Source: an uncultured virus (IMG/VR IMGVR_UViG_3300042997_000753) (Duplodnaviria; Heunggongvirae; Uroviricota; Caudoviricetes). From it: DNA of 20,000 bases. The stretch lies in the IMG/VR virus record IMGVR_UViG_3300042997_000753. One strand, written 5' to 3'. Below the pieces are notes generated by a model that saw only the letters and a program-made list of their open reading frames with translations, was not told where the DNA came from and searched no databases. Shown one piece after another: positions 17,578 through 20,000 of this stretch (positions are counted from its first letter, which is position 1; each line of letters begins with the position of its first letter). The translations under genes and the position numbers were made by a program.

Positions 17578-18435
17578 ATGACTATCATTGCTCAGCCTCC
17601 CAAGATCAAATACCTTACCAACAAGGATTTGCTCCGAGAAATACATCTTAGTAAAAATACCTACTGTAGTTTTACTCTGCCCGAATACAGCGAATACGAT
17701 CTTATTGTTGTTAATCTTGCAAAAATCAATGTAAGAACCGTGGCAGAAGCCAAAAGAAATAGAGCTATAAAAATGGCAAAACAGGCTCACGAAGCAGCAG
17801 TGATTGCAGGTGGTAAGAAAATATCCATTAAAGAATTCGAAGTGGACTATCGCAAGGTACAAAAGCAAGATTTGGTATTTCGTGTAATGACCTTTGATCA
17901 TATTCCGCTAGCGCCAGGTCGTAAAAAGACTTTGAAAAATACCGCAGACAGTCACGACAAGGTAAATTTTCCACCATTCCAACATTGGAAGTTTGATGAC
18001 AACGATAATTTAATCTGCGTGGGAAAAAGCCATTGGAAAGGTGGATTACTCGATGGCGAGTTCAACAAAGAACATGGACAAATGACTAACAATCTAGCTC
18101 GTATGTTTATTAAACTCTGTGAAAGATATGCCACTCGTGGCAATGTTAGAGGGTATACCTACAACGACGAAATGCGTGGGCAGGCCATCTTACAGCTTAC
18201 TCAAATCGGCCTACAGTTCGATGAAAGTAAATCGGACAATCCTTTTGCCTACTATACTGCTGCTGTTACCAACAGTTTTGTTAGGATCATCAACATTGAA
18301 AAACGCAATCAAAATATCCGAGATGATATTTTAGAAATGAATGGAATGAATCCAAGTTGGACTCGACAGAACAGCGGAAACGGAGTCAGCGGTGCAGTGA
18401 GTACTAGTTCAGTGGATGGTAGTGATTGGGATTGA
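17578..18435 (+). CDS. gp55: Late-transcription RNA polymerase sigma factor, T4 gp55-like, with large internal insertion
   Basis: YLTNKDLLREI (cf. T4 gp55 YVNNKELL) and RGNVRGYTYNDEM..QFDESKSDNPFAYYTAAVTNSFVRIINIEKR (gp55 core NPxAYxT); synteny with gp47-gp46. Confidence 0.88.
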   Translation: MTIIAQPPKIKYLTNKDLLREIHLSKNTYCSFTLPEYSEYDLIVVNLAKINVRTVAEAKRNRAIKMAKQAHEAAVIAGGKKISIKEFEVDYRKVQKQDLVFRVMTFDHIPLAPGRKKTLKNTADSHDKVNFPPFQHWKFDDNDNLICVGKSHWKGGLLDGEFNKEHGQMTNNLARMFIKLCERYATRGNVRGYTYNDEMRGQAILQLTQIGLQFDESKSDNPFAYYTAAVTNSFVRIINIEKRNQNIRDDILEMNGMNPSWTRQNSGNGVSGAVSTSSVDGSDWD

Positions 18436-18471
18436 CCTAGTTGTTGTATATATGTTACAATAACTAAGGAG
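18432..18471 (+). promoter_or_regulatory. Sigma70-type promoter and RBS for gp47-gp46
   Basis: TTGACC (18432-18437) - 18 nt - TACAAT (18456-18461) preceded by TG-n (extended -10); AAGGAG at 18466-18471, ATG at 18477. Confidence 0.7.
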
Positions 18472-18476
18472 ATTCT

Positions 18477-19487
18477 ATGAACCTATTTAAAAAAGTAGCT
18501 TGTTTTACTGATATACATTTTGGACTAAAAGGTGGCAGTCGCACACATAATCAAGATTGCGAAGATTTTGTTTCTTGGTTTTGTGATACTGCAAAAGCAC
18601 AAGGTTGCGAAACTGCAATCTTTCTAGGTGACTGGCATCATAATCGTAGCACTACAGATGTTAGTACTATGAACTATACTGTCAGCAACTTAGAAAAGTT
18701 AAGTCAAAGTTTTGAAAAAGTCTATTTCATTCTAGGCAATCACGACCTGTTCTACAAAGACAAGCGTGAAATTAACTCAGTAGAGTTTATGCGCCTGTTT
18801 CCTAATATTATTCCAATTAGAGAAACACTAACTCTAGGCGATGTTACTATTATGCCTTGGCTAGTTGCTGACGAGTGGCGAGATATTCCTAATATCAAAA
18901 GCAGATATATGTTCGGACATTTGGAATTGCCTAGCTTTTATATGAATGCCATGATACAGATGCCTGATCACGGCACAATTCAATCTGGACATTTTGTAAA
19001 TCAGGAATATGTGTTTACAGGGCACTTTCACAAACGTCAACACAGTAGAAATATTCATTACATTGGTAATGCTTTTCCGCACAACTATGCAGATGCAGGT
19101 GACGATGATCGTGGTATGATGATGCTAGAGTGGGGGGGCTCACCTGAGTTTAAGTCTTGGCCCGGACAGCCTACCTTTAGAACATATAAACTGAGTCAAA
19201 TTATTGACAAGCCAGATCAATTGCTACGAGAACGTATGCACTGTCGTGTGACCATTGACTTGCCTCTCAGTTTTGAAGAAGCAAATTTCATCAAAGAAAC
19301 ATTTGTGCCCCAGTACAAACTGCGAGAGCTTATGTTGATTCCGGAAAAAGTTGAAGTTGATGCCAACTCAACACCCATCGATATTAATTTTGAAAGTGTA
19401 GATACCATTGTGATGAATCAGATAAACGCCATTGACAGCGGTACCTTTGAAAAGAGTCTGCTGTTGGAGATATACAACGACCTATGA
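18477..19487 (+). CDS. gp47: Recombination endonuclease subunit gp47 (Mre11/SbcD-like metallophosphoesterase)
   Basis: Phosphoesterase motifs DIHFG, FLGDWHH, GNHD, FGHLE, GHFH; 336 aa; followed by a Rad50-like gene. Confidence 0.93.
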   Translation: MNLFKKVACFTDIHFGLKGGSRTHNQDCEDFVSWFCDTAKAQGCETAIFLGDWHHNRSTTDVSTMNYTVSNLEKLSQSFEKVYFILGNHDLFYKDKREINSVEFMRLFPNIIPIRETLTLGDVTIMPWLVADEWRDIPNIKSRYMFGHLELPSFYMNAMIQMPDHGTIQSGHFVNQEYVFTGHFHKRQHSRNIHYIGNAFPHNYADAGDDDRGMMMLEWGGSPEFKSWPGQPTFRTYKLSQIIDKPDQLLRERMHCRVTIDLPLSFEEANFIKETFVPQYKLRELMLIPEKVEVDANSTPIDINFESVDTIVMNQINAIDSGTFEKSLLLEIYNDL

Positions 19488-20000
19488 TTAAGATTAAAAA
19501 TTTAACCGTGCGCAATTTCATGAGTGTGGGCGCACAAACACAGGCTATTGATTTTGATCGCGGACAACTTACTTTGGTCTTAGGCGAAAACCTTGACCTA
19601 GGTGGCGACGACAGTGGAGCTCGAAATGGCACAGGTAAAACTACTATTATCAACGGTCTCAGCTATGCCATCTACGGCAATGCACTGACAAACATCAAGA
19701 AAGATAATCTTGTAAACAAAATCAACGGCAAAGGCATGTTGGTTACTATGAGTTTTGAAAAGGATGGAGTTGACTATCACATAGAAAGAGGTCGTAAGCC
19801 CAACGTTTTAAAGTTTACTGTTAATGGACGAGAACAAGAAAATCTAGATCAAGATGAAAGTCAAGGCGACAGTAGAGAAACACAAAAATCCATCGAAGAT
19901 GTATTTGGTATGACTCATGACATGTTTAAACATCTTGTGGCCTTAAACACTTACACAGAACCGTTTCTGTCGATGAAGGCTGCGGATCAACGAGCCATCA
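19484..20000 (+). CDS. gp46: Recombination ATPase subunit gp46 (Rad50/SbcC-like), N-terminal part, runs off window
   Basis: ATGA overlap with the gp47 stop; translates MIKIKNLTVRNFMSVG..LTLVLGENLDLGGDDSGARNGTGKTTIINGLSYAIYG..IERGRKPN..; open to the window end; not in the ORF track. Confidence 0.92.
   Translation, partial: MIKIKNLTVRNFMSVGAQTQAIDFDRGQLTLVLGENLDLGGDDSGARNGTGKTTIINGLSYAIYGNALTNIKKDNLVNKINGKGMLVTMSFEKDGVDYHIERGRKPNVLKFTVNGREQENLDQDESQGDSRETQKSIEDVFGMTHDMFKHLVALNTYTEPFLSMKAADQRAI

Larger units (their letters stand above)
1..20000. other. Large T4-like (myovirus/jumbo) bacteriophage genome segment: baseplate operon plus late-sigma/recombination block
   Basis: gp55-gp47-gp46 cluster and gp25/gp6/gp5/gp53-like genes; very high coding density with mostly 1-11 nt gaps between structural genes; no cellular housekeeping genes, integrase or att site visible. 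Confidence 0.93.

Noticed and set aside
9866..17651. Plus-strand ORFs opposite gp6, gp25, gp5, hub and tube-initiator genes (e.g. 10128..10529, 13823..14227, 17049..17426) and short alternate-frame minus ORFs (12676..12870, 16441..16641)
   Set aside because: They are antisense or out-of-frame overlaps of well-supported genes with no independent evidence of coding.
19132..19138. G7 homopolymer in gp47 as a phase-variation or frameshift site
   Set aside because: It is in frame (Trp-Gly-Gly), the gene is intact and the tract is short.
17575..19780. Minus-strand ORFs opposite gp55/gp47/gp46 and 18119..18334 (+)
   Set aside because: They are shadows of conserved genes.
1..20000. CRISPR arrays, tRNAs, introns/inteins, DGR template/variable repeats, intrinsic terminators
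   Set aside because: None recognised by eye. There is almost no non-coding space and the repeats found are diverged protein-level ones. A self-dotplot and covariance-model scan would be needed to exclude subtle cases.

Overview
The window is a segment of a large T4-superfamily (myovirus-type, probably jumbo) phage genome, AT-rich and using the standard genetic code. Positions 1-17506 (minus strand) hold one tightly packed late operon for a contractile-tail baseplate. In order it encodes a gp48/gp54-like tube initiator, gp53/LysM-like wedge, gp27-like hub, lysozyme-less gp5-like spike, gp25, an enlarged gp6 (1133 aa), and a giant gp7-like wedge/adhesin of at least 2960 aa. The ORF track misses the last gene because it runs off the window. 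That protein carries a 7-blade FG-GAP propeller, six CBM5/12-like modules and other inserted modules. Positions 17578-20000 (plus strand) hold a divergent block of gp55-like late sigma factor, gp47 (Mre11/SbcD) and gp46 (Rad50/SbcC, partial, also missed by the track). The most interesting candidate system is a non-T4 late-transcription design. The gp55 has about 140 residues where T4 has about 15 and lacks the T4 clamp-binding tail. Two putative late promoters share AATAAATA plus an extra upstream AATA-N2/3-CATTTTAT element, and one of them overlaps the divergent promoter of the sigma gene itself. All family assignments are by-eye motif recognition; no database searches were run.
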